Source: Podarcis melisellensis (taxonomy: Eukaryota). Taken from it: a stretch of 64,000 bases of DNA. The position numbers and the translations under genes were made by a program. This document shows positions 63,543 to 64,000 of the stretch, one piece after another (positions within the stretch are counted from its first letter, which is position 1; every line of letters begins with the position of its first letter). The stretch is from NCBI GenBank assembly GCA_964234715.1, contig OZ174283.1; one strand, given 5' to 3'. Below the pieces are notes generated by a model. The model worked only from the letters and a program-made list of their open reading frames with translations, had not been told where the DNA came from and did no database searches.

Positions 63543-64000
63543 CACAACTTTATTATGTTTCAGATGTGAGTAGACCTTGGCTCAGGCATTGGGCGTTTAT
63601 CCCTCCCAGTCCGGGGATCTGGGGAACATCAGGGTTATCCAGTGTGTGTGTGGGGGGGGATGGGCTGGCTCTGGAGAAAAATATGTTCAAGCAGAGAAAG
63701 CCCGCCTCCATCGCAGGGGAGAGCAATGACAACCTCTAGGCTTACGGCCAAAGCTTCCCCTCAAACCCCTTTAACGGGGAACCCTGGTATTGCCGCCGCA
63801 AAGAGGAGGGGGGCGTGGGTCACCGCTGCACCCCCCCATTTAGGGAAGATAGACTAAAGGATTCTGCCCAAGGCCTGATACCGCCCAAAAACTGACGTTT
63901 AGCTATGGGAAAGGCAAACCTGCCAATGCAGGAGAATTCCTTTCCGGCCCTTCAACAGCGACCTTGACGTAGCAGCGCCCACATACCTGTGGAGAAAAGG
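63543..64000 (-). mobile_element. Unclassified LTR-like repeat, copy 2 (runs off the window)
   Basis: Colinear with 57353-57827. Confidence 0.7.

Noticed and set aside
50050-64000. TMEM156, the head-to-head neighbour of KLHL5 in mammals
   Set aside because: No exon resembling it was recognised; it may lie beyond the window or be too diverged to spot by eye.
57263-64000. One intact LTR retrotransposon bounded by the two direct repeats
   Set aside because: No PBS or gag/pol remnants are seen between them, and the copies differ by many substitutions and indels; independent insertions are more likely.

Overview
Vertebrate genomic DNA, almost certainly a squamate. The Sauria-type SINEs, lizard-type L1/L2/CR1 and Penelope remnants suggest a lacertid-like lizard (inference). 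The window holds the complete coding region of KLHL5 (BTB-BACK-Kelch CUL3 adaptor) on the minus strand. It has 11 coding exons from ATG 33010 to TAA 3836, all with GT-AG junctions and compatible phases, totalling 2130 nt = 709 aa. A CpG-island promoter and probable non-coding first exon lie near 48.7-49.5 kb. The rest is intron/intergenic DNA rich in mobile elements. Most notable: (1) a young Poseidon-like Penelope retroelement whose two inverted 241-bp pseudo-LTRs each carry a minimal hammerhead ribozyme, with the ORF stop codon inside the ribozyme; (2) an older Neptune-like Penelope remnant with the same head-to-head layout and its own hammerhead; (3) a solo LTR inserted exactly into the 5' splice site of KLHL5 coding exon 9, duplicating the donor; (4) a fold-back hAT derivative; (5) uORFs just before the KLHL5 start codon. 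I see no wholly new gene system; these are unusual instances of known element classes. Repeat family names come from recalled consensus motifs, not from a database search.
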